This document shows positions 12,239 to 52,094 of a DNA stretch of 64,000 nucleotides, piece by piece. The notes beneath the pieces were generated by a model, which saw only the letters and a list, made by a program, of their open reading frames with translations, had not been told where the DNA came from and did not search any database. Made by a program: the position numbers and the translations under genes. Source of the DNA: Lingula anatina (lineage: Eukaryota > Animalia > Brachiopoda); the NCBI GenBank assembly GCA_051362555.1, contig CM120642.1, positions 19,592,001-19,656,000 of the forward strand. Reading direction: 5' to 3'. The first letter of the stretch is position 1. The number at the start of each line of letters is the position of its first letter.

Positions 12239-13113
12239 GTATCCTGGATATTCAGGACATTTGAAGGACGTAGAAGTTCAACCTCACTCCTTGAAAATGC
12301 CATGATTTAAAAAGATATTTCACAAAAATCTTGTCAACTTCAGGAAAATAACCCAATCAGGCTGGTTTTCAAACCCAACCTGTATTTGAGTAATACTCAT
12401 CATTTTTGTAGGTTTGAGGAGAATAGGTTTTCCTTAAAATGTTTTCTGTACTGCATATATGCTTAGAAAAGGAAAACTGCATAATTTTTGGAGAAATGGT
12501 CTGATCAAGCCAACTTTTGAACTTGAACTGTATTTGATGACAATTCATCAGTTCTGTAAGTTTGAAGACAAAAGGTAAAACGATATTCCACTTATCACTA
12601 AAAGTTCTTGACAAGGGTGATGACAGTGACCACAGGCACAGGTGATGGCTTTATGTACAAACACATCTGTCTGTATGTAAAAAAAAGGAGAAATATTCAT
12701 TTATTTCATGTAGTAAGATTATGTACAAAACCACTCCATGTATTACAATGTTCAGATAAGGTGAAGCAACATACTGGACATTACATCCAATGTGTCTCTC
12801 TGTTATATAGGTTTCAACAACTAATTTTTCTATAAATTATCCATCCACATAAGCTTACCAAGTCTCAGTTCACTGAAGAGTTCCATGCTCTTTTGCCATT
12901 TCCAGTTACTAAATGAACCTGTGTATAAATTATTTCAATTTATTTTTATTTGTGCATTTTAGCTATCATGCTTTTAGATAGCAATGACAGTTAAGGCGTT
13001 TTTTATTAATCTAAGGGTTAAGCACAGCTGTGAGTTATTTTTTATTTCCTCCATAAGTAGATATTCCTTGTGAACTCCATCTTATAATTCCTAATCCAGT
13101 TGTCTGAATTGTA

Positions 13114-13998
13114 TTATAACACATTGATGGCTAGAGAGTTGACAGTTGGGTATTTCTGATCCAGTTGTCTAAATTGAAGGGCAAACTTGTTCCTCTCTGC
13201 TGTGTAGCCGAGCTCATGACACAGGCGTGCCTGGAAGTAGAATAAATGGCATTGTTATGAGATAAATATCCTCTTTCTTTTTTGCAAATCTGAACTATAT
13301 AGACCACAGTGTGTGTCATAGTGTGGATAAAAATATTTTGTGTTTTGGATATTTACATTTTAAAAATCATGAAACAAAAAAAAATGAAAATACTTCTTTA
13401 GAACTGATAATATTGACTGTGTCCTGATGTTCATTTTCAACAATTACAAAACAACTATTATGACAGAAGGAAGAAACTTTTTGAAGCTGACAATAACAAC
13501 TGTGTCATGATGCTCATTTAAAAAATTACCATCAAAAATTTTGAAAGAGGGAAAAAACTTCAAATCTGGTAATGATGTCTGAGCTGTGATGTTTTACTCT
13601 GGAAAATATGCCAATCTGCTTTGCTGAATTACCTCAATCATATCCCATGCTAAGAGATTAACCCATTCAATATCTTAAGAAATTCAATCTTGAACTTCAA
13701 AACTTTAATCACATTTTGTAGGCTTGTTTGCTTCTAAACACAAGGTTCATTTTCATACAAGTTGGTGTAAATTGAAATTATGGAAATTCAGGAAATCATG
13801 ACAGAACTTTTCAACCCATAATGTTGTAGGGTAGTTAAACACAATCATTAAGTAATCTAGCAACAGTTATTCCTTAACAGTTTTTTGGCTGGTCTTTCAG
13901 AGTAAATTTGTATGTCGTCTTTTTTTTTTTTAGTAAAAACACTTGAACTCATTTTGCCCATAAAAACATAAAACATAAAAAAATCTCACATTACAAGA

Positions 13999-14032
<34 letters not shown>

Positions 14033-17000
14033 ACCTGGTAGTATACAGCATCTTTAGTCCTCCAATGAGCTTGTATGGAGACCAGGTTGTCTATAACAGT
14101 GTTCATTAGTAATACTGCTGACATACGTGCTGGGGGGAGAGAGAAGCCATAATGAGAGAAGGTGGATTTGAGGACAGAATACACCACACAGAAATGACAG
14201 ACATCACAAAAAGAGAGAGAGAGAGGGAGAGAGAGATAAGAATACAATAAAGTGCTTGTTTACAATGTTGTTATTATTATTATCATTATAAAAACTTTTC
14301 CCTTCTTTTCTTATTAAAACTGTATTGTGGATCCTAGCTTAAGTGATTTGTTAAATAAAATGCTCCCTAATACAGCTAAGCTATTGTCAATGGTTTTATT
14401 AGATACAAGTTTTACACCTATTTACAGCTATGCTCTAGATTTTACTGTCAGACTTAAAACAGAGAAGTTGCTAATTAAAAAATACCTTAATTTTTCTCAA
14501 CTAATCATACTACTTTCTCAACTAAAAAGTAATTCAATCATACAATTTGAAAAGAATTCTACCAGTAGCCTAAGAGTGCTATATTTACACAGCATAAATT
14601 CCATTACCTGTTTTCTTTTGGTATGTGTCTTTTTCTTGAGTGGCGGCAGCCACTTTACATTTAGCATACAGGTACTGTGTCCGTGCCTTGTTATATACAC
14701 TCCCATGAGTCAATACTGTTACCAAGTCCTCCTCTATCATTCTTAGTGCCTGAGCAGGCATATTCATGGTGAACTATAACAGATACAGTACAAATCTATT
14801 GATCCGACATACCACTTGTGCAGACAAGTCATACAGTAATATTTTGCATATTAGTAATAATATTACATAAAGATTTTAATTCTTCTACTCAACTTACAAG
14901 TCAGTCTGATCATGCAGGGAATTATATCGTCTACAATATAATTCCCCCGTCTAATTGACAATGTTGGGAGATAAGAAGTCATCTGAGAAACATTTTACTA
15001 GACTAGGTACACATTTCCTTCAATAAAACTCCAATTTCAAGGTAGCACAGGTCTTACCAATAGGAAAATATTGCTCAATTGCATTATTTTTGTTATTTGT
15101 ATGTATCCCAGATGCCTACAGATAGGCCATTTAAATGACTTAAACGAATGCTTCTGATCATATACACTTGCCTGCTTCCCCACCCCCCACATACTCCCTC
15201 TTCAAAACTCAAAACAATTTTTTTTTACGACGATGACATGACATTTTATTTTTAATGGATGAATACACACTCACACACACAGAGGCACACATGCAGACAC
15301 AGACTTACCTGTATGAAAGCCAGGTGCATCTTGGCCATAATAAGTGTCAGTAACATGTGATGTGACTTGGCAACTGAGACACACTCTAATATATGGGGGA
15401 TAGCAGCAGAGGGGTTGTCTGTCTGGCAGTATAACTCACCAAGAGCAAGCAAGACTCTAGAATTACAGTAATTTGAAGGTTATCTAACTATTTTTCAATG
15501 ACATTTCAGGGAACTAGTCTATGAACACAGTTGAAATCAATGTCTTTATCCTTTTACAAGTTTATTTGAAAAATAAAAACATCTGTAAACAAAGGCTGGC
15601 ATAGATAATACATCTCTCAGTTACACAAGAACTCCATACCATGACAGAAATTCATTACTTTTTTTCTTGTATTTCAAACAGCTTTGCTCTTTTTCTTTTT
15701 TGAAATAAAACTGAATATTTACATCATGACTATGTATGCAACGTAAATATATTCAACTCATATACAAATATTTATATGCCTCATTACTAAAAAATTAAAA
15801 TTATGAAAATAACCTGGAATACAAATCAGCTGAGCAGCTTTCCAGCTTCTTCTTTCTCTCCACAAGAAAACTGTGCAATATTTGGAAAGCATCTTCAACC
15901 TGGCCCTTTTCTTTCAACAACACAGCCTTCCTGTATTCTCCTTCCTTAGAATCTATAGCAGAAATATTGTTCACAGTTTCCATAGCAACTTGCCAGTTAC
16001 CACAATGCACTGCCTGATCAAACATTATCTTCTGCTCACAAATGGACCATACTGTTGCATGCTGGGAAGGCTTGGGGAATTTCTGTTTGACATAACTGAT
16101 GATTTCAAATGCCATATCATACATTCCCTATAAAAAATAACAAAATACTTTTTATTCTCTAGGAATTACAAGACTTCAGTGCTATTCATATCTCATTCAA
16201 ATAACACATTTTCAAACATCTTTCTACTACTAAATTTTTCATACTGTCATTCTGCCTTTCTTTTATATCAAATTCCAGAAGCATTTTTCTGTTACATTTT
16301 TCCAAGAACTAGTTGACTTGTAAAATAACCTGAGCATTGGATAACAAACTTCTTAAACTGAAGTAAAATATGGTGGCAAAGTCAAGTAGGTGTGGCAAAG
16401 TCAAGTAAGAGGCAACCCACCTGTTCTGCGTGCATGGTGGCCAAGTTACACAGACCCAAGCTCTCAGCCTCTCCTGTGTGGTACACCCCACCATCTGAAG
16501 ATGCCAGGTTCAAAAGTAGCTGACTGGTTAGGGAGGACATTTGTCTGGAAAAGTACATAAAGACTTAAGTCTTAATAAACAAGTAAATGTTACCATTTAA
16601 TAATAAAAATGAAAATCAAGTCCTAAACTTGGTTAAGTTGCAATTAAAGATAATCCTCTCTTCCATTACAAGGGGGTTAAACTCCCAAGACAGAATATGC
16701 GGAGTTCATAAGTAAACCCAGCACCAGTGCTTTTGTTCATTGGCATGTTTGGGACGAAGAAAGCCAAGGTATGTAATTATACTGTTCACATATTATTATT
16801 ATTTTTTTTTTTTTTAATTGCATATCTCAACAAAAAATACAAAATTGATAAATAACTAAATAAAAATCACTCTCACTCACTCTCTCACTTACTCACTCAC
16901 AAAGAGACACTCAGTCATTTGCAATATATATATATAGGTATTGTATCATTTAAAATATTTGTCAACAACGATATATAATCTAATAGTAAAATACTTGATA

Positions 17001-19067
17001 ATAACTAATTAATACTATGATCTAGTTCAGATAAAAACTAATATGTGTTTTACTATCAAATATTGGCAGGGGAACATACGACAGAAGATATCAGTCCAGG
17101 AAGAGAGGCTGCAGCTTTTTCCATTTTTCATTAAATTTATCTATTGTCATGTTTCTTAGACTTATATTTCTCTCTGCGATGTAGGCCTGTCTCCATTCTA
17201 TTTTAATATTTTCTATGTTCGGGGTAATGTTTTTCATTTTAAATTTATATATAATAAATTTTGTTATGATCAGCAAACTGTTGAGCGCATTGCACTTCAA
17301 ATTTGGAATTCCTAGAATTATATCAGATGCTGTTAATTGCAATACTTGTCCAGTCTTTAAGTGGATCCAGTCCTGTATTTGTGCCCAAAGGGGAGCAATT
17401 ACTTTGCACTCAATAAATAAGTGTTGAAGAGTTTCAGGGTGTTCATTACAGAAGGAGCAGGTCTCTGTGTCTTTTATCCCAATTTTTCGTAAAAGATTAT
17501 TTGTAGCTAAAATTCTTTTTGATACTCTAAATTGTTCACATATTATTTTATGTGTACTGTGTGTGAAAGAGACAAAATGTCATGTTTGATTCGATTTTGC
17601 TTACAGCTCTTTTATCATATAGTTCTCAGAGAGAAATGTGTCAAATTGTCAAAAATTAAAATTATGCAAACAAGACAATCACAAATTGTGATTTTTGCTC
17701 TATACCTGTTCCCATACAGACTCCAAAGTGCTGACTTTTGTGCAAAACTTGTTGCCATCAGATCCACCATGGAATGCTGGCAGTTCAAGATGTCACTGTT
17801 TACAAGACACTGGAACACACTGTAAATTAGATATTAAAAATTATAAAAATTAGAGAAACAACATAAATACTGAATGTAAAAATCATTGGTGTTCACAAAA
17901 CATTATAAATATCATCAGATTAGTTCAGCATGACAGTATCTTGATCCCCATGTTCCTATGGATATGGGATAAAGGTAAACAGCAGCAGCTATATGGCAAA
18001 CAATTTGATGGGGAAAATTAAAGAGTCAGATGTTTGTATATGGAAATTTTAACTTTAACTGCTTCCATGTCTGAGAGAAGCTATTATAGAACTAATGGTA
18101 AAACTAATGGTGACTTAGTTAGCACATAGGACTGGATTGATACTTTTATATTTATATATTATATATGTATATATTCGGTAATGTCACAGATATAAATCTC
18201 TATTAAACTTTTTTATTAACCCATGTATCTCTTTGTTTACCTTGCTGGTTCAGCAGCAGCCACTGAGTTGTGCTGGGCAAATGCCTGAACTCCAAGTGAT
18301 GCCAAGTACTGGAAAGAAAAACATGTGTCTTAGATCCTTCTAACATTGAAGCAGCAGAGTTTTCTGTACCATGCCAGTTTAAAAACCTTTTTAAATATCT
18401 GGCTATTACTTAAAAGGGTCACCAAAATAGGACCACTGTGTTCAACACAGCCAGTTAGCAAGATTCATTTTAAATGGTGCACTGGGTCTCATAAAAGGGA
18501 GAAAACACTTAGAGGTAAAAAAATCAATTATAGATTTTTCATGGAATACTTAGTACATGGAGATGTAGATCTTCAGACTTGGCCACTGCTCTAAACATGA
18601 GATCTGCAGTGTTTGCCGTGTACTGCTCTCCTAGCCTGTACAGCCACCCCTGGAAATGTACACAGAGCATTAAACATTCACCAAATTTATACATAGTGTG
18701 GTGCTAATTATGTAAAGGCAGTGCATATTTTTTGTGTGGTATGCCTCTGATGTTCAAGTAAATCTGTATCCTGTATTATAGTATTGTAATGTGTGAAGTG
18801 AAAGTTTGTCAGTGACAGCAGTATCTTTTACTTTTGAAGTCTAATAAATATAAAATTTTAAATATTCAAACAATTGGATATAGACAGTGGCATTAATTCT
18901 TATAAACAAATAAACTGATTTAAAACTAAATGGCTGCAAATTGTCAGAATTTGTTTCTGTAGCATCTACATGTACTATCTGTAAATAAAATCAATGTGTA
19001 TTTGTTTCTACAGCATTATTTATATGTTGTAATATATTTATAAATTCAAAGAATCAATTATTTGCAT

Positions 19068-19099
<32 letters not shown>

Positions 19100-22000
19100 G
19101 AGAGAAAATCACCAAAGCATGCTGCAGGCACACATTGTCATTGGTCTCGTGTGCCATTCTGATAGCTTCCTGAAGAGCTGCCAAAGCTTCTTTTCTGAAA
19201 ATATAAATAAAAACACTCTTTTTAATAAAAAAAAAACTGCCACCTTTGCCCATTCACATTGAGAGATGTTTCACATAAAAACATCTTAACTTGTTCTGTG
19301 AAGAACAGGCGAGTAAAATAAGGAAACAGTTTGAGTGGTTGGTTCAGAATTATGAAAGGACAAATACTGACTCAGACAGGTCAATCCCAACCCGAGTTTC
19401 AGGTCTCTGGGAACTTTGCTCTCTACTAACAGCATGTCTCTGGTGTTCCCAGTTCCAGGCCCAGGTTTCACAAAAAAAAAAAAAAAAAAAAAAAAATTAA
19501 GTCAGGTTCCCTGGCTAAGAACCTAATTACATGGCCACATCTTACCCTATCAGGAGCAGTGTAACAGCACTCTCATGAAAATCCTAATCAACTACGCCAA
19601 GGAACTGACTTAGGTTTTTTTGTGAAACTGGGGTCAGGGATTGCTGTAACTGATCAGGTTAGACATTACCCCAGTGATGCAACATTCAACAGAGTACAAG
19701 GGAAAGTCTTCTTGTGTAAGGTGTATGCATATCTTCATTATTAAATATTTTCCTTTCATTTAAAGTTACAATTATTTTGAACTTCTTCTAATGACAGCTA
19801 TACTCAGATTTATTACCACTCCAATATTTCCCTATGAAAATATCTTTTGAGATATTGAAATAAAGAGTGGAGATGTCCCTCATTTTAGCTGTTATTGGAA
19901 GAAACTCCTAATGTAACTTTTAAGGGCATAGAACATCTGATGAAATTCTTTGCTGGACTCTATTACAACACTGTCTAAGTGTCTAAACCTTACTAGTACT
20001 TTAAACATAATATCACAATGGCTCCGACAACAAGAATGCATTACCTGTGCCCAAACCTATAATGCAGGGCTGCCAAATTGAGAGCAGCATATCTAAACCG
20101 CTTGTTGCACTCATCCAGTTTCTCATCCTTGCTCGCTGCACTGGTCAGCACCGAGGCCAAAGCGTGACGGTCAAAGTAATGATACAGGCTATGTATAGCA
20201 CCACAATATTCATCAACTCGTAGATTGTTCAGGTAGCTAAGAAAGTGCTAATAAAAATGATAAATTTAAAGCAGAATTTGAAATATCAGTAACACAATGA
20301 TACTTAACTTTTAAAAAGTTTGATCTCAGCTTTAACATCAATTATTTATTAGTAACAGTACAATGTAAAATCTCTGTTTTACCTTAAAATATCTGTAATT
20401 CTAAATTATTCTGGAACATCATGAAAAATTTTAATATCCTTTTCTATAATTCTAAACATTTTGGTGACATCGAAAATATTGATAAATTCTATATTTTTCA
20501 GGTACACTTACTGCCTCTGCCAAATGTGGCATGCTCCTCAGTAGCTGTGAAACTGTTGACTGAAGTTTAGGAGGAGGCAGAGCCTCTGTAGCATTGTGAT
20601 GTAACAAGTTCACCTGATATACAAAACATAAGAGTATACATATGTGAAAGTTGTAAAAACTCCAAGTTCTGAAAACCTAGCATGCAGTTCTTCATTGCAG
20701 TTATTATAAATTATTTGTAAAAAAAAATGAAGACTGAAAATCCTGAAGCCAGGCAAAATTCTGAAAACTTACACCCATGCACTGTAGGGTTCTACAGCCC
20801 AGAGGAGTAGAGTGTTGAGAATTCATAACTCGGAAAAAACACCCAAATATTTCATCAAGTAATTTGACAGCTGATTCGAAGTAAAAATTCATTATTTATC
20901 ATCTACTTGGTGAAGAAAAACAACCCCTCGGTTTTAATATAAATTGGCCAGCAGGACCTCAATTATTTAAACCTCTACAGTTAAAAAACCTTTTTCCACG
21001 ATTCAAACAATTCTTTCAAATATACATATAAAAACATGTGTACATAGATGTCATTAGTTTTGATTACTGATCATTTTTTCATGCAGTGCAATAAATATGT
21101 GAAATTTTTGTCAGTGTAAAAGTTATAAAAAATCAAAATTAAACAGGTTTTTAGATGCAAATCTTCATAATTTTGGATTTAATTTTTAAAAATATTATTA
21201 TAAATAATAATACTATTACTGCACATTAACATTCAAATACTCAACCAGTGAAAATTAAAGTAAAACAATTAATCAATGAATCAAAAGGTGAAATGTTTTA
21301 ATATTAATAAATTAAAGTAACCTGTTGAGAAATAAAGTACTCTGCCTGTCTCTGTGAATAGGTATTGCAACCAAGTATTCCACCATCACTGAAATTGAAG
21401 CGTGCAGCAATTAGTTACTTACAATGGCACAGCACCACTTCTAACTTCATAGTGTCAAAAAGCAAGAAGAGCTTAAACTGAAGATTTGAGAATGACCAAT
21501 TTAAAAATTACATAAAACAACCCCACCTGAAGATGTATATTCAATACTCTACAATTACAGTATTTTGTATTATTATATTATTGATATACAGTGAGTATTG
21601 ACTGTCAAATTTCTCACCTTTCATAAACCTGTGCCTGCTGTTTATGTGATGCCTCCAGTCCCAGTTCTAAAGGCACATCTCCATTTTCCTGGTCCTTGTT
21701 ATATGCCCTGAAGTATCTCCTGTAACTTTGGCACAGTTTGGTCACCATATTAAAGGAAAGTTTGTCAAATGCCAGTCCCATTCTTCTGATAAATAACCCT
21801 AAAATTATAACAAAGACTGTGGACCTTAAAAAGAAATCATGAAATTCAAAATGCAGATGCCAAAGGCACACAAATTTATATAAGGGGTTCAGGGGAAAAA
21901 AATACAGCAAATATCCAAATTTCCAGTAAATCCAGAACTCTTTCTTCTCTTTGTACCACAAAATCCCACCTGTATCTACTGGCATAAAATAATAACATAA

Positions 22001-23769
22001 CCGAATGGGGAAAACCAATTTCAACAGTAAACTCTACCATATTACAACAGCGCTTCTTGTAGCTTATATTTAAGTCTGAGAATGCAGTGAGAAATGCTAT
22101 GTTTATACTTACTGAACATTTACCCATTTTTTCCTTTGCCTGTGTTCTATATTCCAAGTGCTTAGCAAGGAGACAGCAGGTACCATTTTTATGATAGCCT
22201 TTGATATGGTCAAGTCATGGGAAAAGTACCCACAACTTCCTGCAATGGAAGAATTCTACCAGAAGCACCATCTTAACTTACCAATGACACTACTTTTGCT
22301 GACCAAAAACTTTCCAGGTTGATCTTCTGATTCTTCGAACATCTCACTCAGAGCTTTGAAATAATCCATCAAAGCCATTATCCCATTAGTTGCTAAATAT
22401 TCAAGCCTAAAACAGAAAGAATGGGGAACTAAATTAATTATTCCCATTTCAAATAATAGCATGTTGCTAATGGTCTAAAAATCTGACATTTCTATCCTTA
22501 AAGTTTAATAAAAGAGGCACAACACTTAATATTTTAAACTTTTGATTTAACTGAACTAATAATTAAAATTATTTGTTCTAAAAGTTGAGATCTGTATGAT
22601 ACTCGTCTCAAAAATTAGTTATTCAAAACTTTACATACATAAATTGAAACTTAAATCTATATCTTCAAGGCTATGTAATCATAGTAATTTTTTTCAACAA
22701 CTGTTTTACAAAATTGTACAAGTGTAAATCAGAGAATTTCTGAGCACTAGAAATAAATTAAATGTTCTAATATCCTTTTTGAAGGAGATGCTCTGGATAA
22801 ACATCAAAATATCTGAAGCTTCAGGCAGACTCCATTTTAAAAAAAAAAGCCACTGATTACATAAAAAAATCACATGTTTTGCGTACAATTATATTGTTAA
22901 AATCCAGACATGCATTTCAGTAGCATTATACCTTTTCAAGAAAACTTCTAAGTATTTTGGTCTTTGGATTTCTTGCACTTTAAGAACAACCTCCCTCAGT
23001 TCCATGTCAGGTGCCTGTAAAAAGAAGAAGTCAAAATGTCACTACTTACATTTGACAACTTAGGGATCTTTATTAGAAAAAAAAAAAGACCAGAATTGTT
23101 ATACATAAATTACAACAGCCAAAATTTGAACAGAATTTTCGACAATGGATTGTTTGATTAAACAAAAATTACATTTTAAGATCTTGCACTTGTTACAATA
23201 GATAAAAGTATCTGGTTCCATTTCCTTGCATTTGGTAACATGGTATATAGCCAGGACATGAATGTCTGACAGTAAAGCAAGGAGCAAAGAAATGCATTTG
23301 CACTCATATGAGCACACTAATCAATCATCCCTGTGCACACATGTGCTCAGTCCATGTTGCTCCAAAAGTAAACACTTAAATTCACCATTCTTTCAATGGC
23401 ACTCACCCTGACCTTCAGAGATAACTTGACACTAACCTCTTCACTATACTCTATCTTCATCGTGTCAAGTAACTTGACACTATGAAGATAGGCTATAGTG
23501 AAGAGGTTAGTGTCAAGTTATCTCTGAAGCTCAGGGTGATGGCACTACACCTGTAATAATGAAATAAGCATGGTCATAAAATCCTTTCTGTCTTCTTCTG
23601 TGAAAATCCACTGCATAGCATCAACGGCATCAGCCAAGGAGTTCTCACTGTTGTCTTTAAATGTTCTGTATTCTCTAACAAGCACCAGCAGAACGATCTT
23701 GTAGGGAGTGACATACTCTTTCAGGGGTTTCTGCCCATTGAATCGACCAAGATTAGAGATGTCAGCCAT
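13114..23769 (-). CDS. ANAPC5: Anaphase-promoting complex subunit 5, ~766 aa, 17 coding exons
   Basis: Exons 23769-23551, 23014-22932, 22406-22282, 21798-21618, 21388-21322, 20613-20512, 20247-20045, 19194-19113, 18649-18557, 18308-18241, 17819-17706, 16544-16421, 16127-15814, 15456-15309, 14773-14608, 14129-14035, 13230-13114; phases are consistent. APC5 motifs: VTPYKIVLLVLV, SVIGLFIRRM..AFDKLSF, SQRQAEYFISQQ, HFLSYLNNLRV, RYAALNLAALHYRFGH, ALQEAIRMAHETNDNVCLQHAL, YLASLGVQ, ERNKFALQFRQLDQ. Confidence 0.95.
16798..17532 (-). mobile_element. 5'-truncated non-LTR retrotransposon (L1/Tx1-like ORF2 C-terminus) in an ANAPC5 intron
   Basis: Open frame RILATNNLLRKIGIKDTETCSFCNEHPETLQHLFIECKVIAPLW...IILG...LNSLLIITKFIIYK (zf-RVT CCHC), stop at 17091; 3' UTR and poly(A) tail at ~16800-16815; 15-bp TSD TGTTCACATATTATT at 16783-16797 and 17533-17547. 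Confidence 0.88.
19456..19637. mobile_element. Degenerate MITE
   Basis: Imperfect TIRs CAGGCCCAGGTTTCACAAAAAA / TTTTTTGTGAAACTGGGGTCAG plus an inner inverted pair AAGTCAGGTTCCCTGGC / GCCAAGGAACTGACTT. No clear TSD. Confidence 0.5.
23404..23538. mobile_element. hAT-like foldback MITE, 135 bp
   Basis: CA...TG termini, ~45-bp TIRs with one mismatch, near-palindromic throughout, 8-bp TSD ATGGCACT (23396-23403 and 23539-23546). Confidence 0.85.
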
Positions 23770-24205
23770 GATCACTTGTCTGAAATAATTTTTAGTTTTT
23801 AATTTGACTGGGCATCCACAAATGATGCTACATAAGACAGTATTGGATTAGTATAGAATCAATGACAATGAGGTGAAATTGTATGTACAGCAGTCTAAGC
23901 ATCTATGCTAATCTTGAACTTCAAGTTGAAATAGAACATGGAGTCAGTGCAAATGCATCAGTTAATGTGGTACAGAAGCAGGGACGACCGTGATCAATAA
24001 ATTAAATGTAATTTTAATTATTTTCTGGTGCCAGTAATGAAACTTGTACCAGTAAGTTAGTAATTTACTAGTAGTTTGCACTCTCAGAATAAAACACAAA
24101 CATATATTTCTCTAAATCTATCATATAAGCAGGTTCATCAGTTAACTTTGTGCCTGAAGGAATTATTCTGGAGAGGATACAAAAGATAAAAATCAAAATA
24201 TTCAC

Positions 24206-24453
24206 CTCCAAATATTTTCAGAGGCAAAATTCTTGACTTTTCAAGGAGCGCGCCATCTTCTAAAATAACGGACATGAAATACATCTATAAATCATACATA
24301 GAGAAATAATGCAGTTTTCGATACCTCTCTAAAATCAAATATTTGAAATAGTTAAATAAATTGACAAAACTATTTATTGATAAAGAAAATGTTAAATTAT
24401 TTGCGATATTTTGTTTCTGCTGAATCAAACTTCCGCCGTGTCAGCAGGCCAAC
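24206..24453. promoter_or_regulatory. Bidirectional promoter of ANAPC5/GOLGA2, including the ANAPC5 first exon
   Basis: - strand donor GAG|GTGAAT at 24206/24205; YY1-type motifs AAGATGGCG (- strand, ~24259-24251) and CAACATGGCG (+ strand, over the GOLGA2 ATG); locally CpG-rich. Confidence 0.7.
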
Positions 24454-49954
<25,501 letters not shown>

Positions 49955-51832
49955 TGAAGACTGTGATTAACTTTTGAAATTTATTGATTTCATGAAGAAC
50001 TGCCCTTGTCGTGCTGTGCTTGAAATACACAGCCTCTATTGTTGTCAGAGTTTTGGCATGGTCGGGTGAGCTTGTACCTCTGGAAAGCTTTCTCTTTTGA
50101 GATCAGTTGCTTGATTAAATGTTAACTGGTCATCAAATTATGATAGAACACGGACTGTGGTTTGTATCAGTGGTGTATGTGTATTCATTTTGTCCACCTC
50201 AAGTTTCAGAGAACTAATGACTTTCCTTTATTATCAATACATGGCACTGTCATTTCCATTATAACAGCATATGGACTGAAACAGATTTGATTCCAGTTAA
50301 TCCTGGAACTTGTCTGTTCTGTGGCAAAATATCTTTTAATTACTAAGCATTCACAGTGGCTGTGGGCATTCAGACAACATCAGATTCTTTCAAGATTAGG
50401 ATTTTTGTTAAGAGACCCACAAGATTTCACTTTATCCACTTAACTACTTTTTAAGAAAGAAACAAATAGCTTGCTGCTTGGGATATGTTGTTTAATATGT
50501 TCTAATATCCACACAGTTTTTTTTTCTAAAGGCCCTAGACAAGCCCCATTCATACTTTGGCCAATGATATGGGCCAGATACTTGGATGACAATGTTAAAG
50601 ATTTCTAAGATCACATTGTGAGTGAGTAATGGCTGAAATACATAGTAACCGTTGTATTGTTGGCACACAACAAATGTATTTCTATTAATTAAACAGGACT
50701 ACGAGTGGTCTTATTGTATATAAAGGTGTAAAGATTTCAGTTGGCATTTGTAAATATGGAGAGTGTGTTATTCAGATGGTGCTAATTGTGATGTAAAGAC
50801 ACCAAGAGAGAGAAAATGAAGGACAACGTACATAATGGAATCACTTGCAGTAAATGGAAATTTGCAGTATTTATAGGGGACTTGGTCTTTTCCTGGTGCA
50901 CACATCTGTCTGTATGACAAGTATTATATTTATGTGTTGGCAATTGGTAAAGAATATAAACCTTTGGTTTTGAACCTGCTCTTCAAAATTTCAGTTATTT
51001 CTAGTGGAAGTCTTTCGGATTTACCCAGAAATCTGATCATTTGGGTGTTATAATTATCTCCCCCCCCCCCCCCCCCACCCTCCTCATACCCCTTCAGGGC
51101 TTGCATATTCAAGATTTTTAAAACATCCACTCCAATTTTTTCTACAAGCTAAACCACTGGTCAAAGAAGGTTGGGGGTCTTAATTAATATTTTGTTCCTC
51201 ATCGATACCAAATTAGATTTAGCAAGAAAAAAGGGGTTTGCATTAACTATGTTCATGACCTGTCACTTCTCTCCTCACCCTCTTAGACTTAAATCATTGA
51301 AAGATAAGTTCTATTCTCTTTGATCCTTTTGACATCATATGGTATACTTAACAGGACAGTTTTGGAGAGAGTGGCATCTGAATAGCCTTTCTGTGACACA
51401 ATGGAGTTCCCTAAATGCAGCCTCGGCATAGGACATATGAACTTTTATCTGAACAGCAGGGAGAGAGGTGTGGGTGCCCTGTGAAAGGCAGTAAAACCCC
51501 TGTATAAGAATTCCTTGTAAGAACCAGCCTTAGTGGACTGGGCCAGTTAAGTATACACGCTCGATGTAAAAAGGTCTTTAGTTAATTTCATATTTAACTT
51601 GGCTATATGTTTGGTGCAAGACTTTGTTCATTGGTCATTTAGTTTTTTTAGTTATTTAAAGCTATTTATGATAGCCACTTATTATGAGGGCCACAGGTTT
51701 TGTTATTACTTAGTTGTTATTATTATTATTATTATAAGAAGTTAAATATTTAAGTTAAATAAGTTATGTCTCTTAATTTGTTCCACATATCCAGACCAGA
51801 AGACTCTCCTTGCCCTTGTTCCTATTTTTGTG

Positions 51833-52094
51833 TGAGGGCCCACAGGGTGTGACCTAGTGACTTAAGAGGTCCTACAAGGTGTGACCTAGTGACCTATGAG
51901 GTCCTACAAGGTGTGACCTATGAGGGCCCACAAGGTGTGACCTAGTGACTTAAGAGGTCCTACAAGGTGTGACCTAGTGACCTATGAGGTCCTACAAGGT
52001 ATGACCTATGAGGGCCCACAAGGTGTGACCTATGAGGGCCCACAGGGTGTGACCTAGTGACCTACCAGTATGAGGGCCCACAGGGTGTGACCTG
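51833..52094 (+). repeat. Complex minisatellite built from GAGGGCCCACAAGG / TGTGACCTA / GTGACCTAT subunits
   Basis: Directly visible; downstream of the GOLGA2 stop codon. Confidence 0.85.

Noticed and set aside
14327-14746. 139-aa + strand ORF
   Set aside because: Antisense to an ANAPC5 exon and intron, with no recognisable domain. The same applies to most 60-100-aa ORFs in the track.
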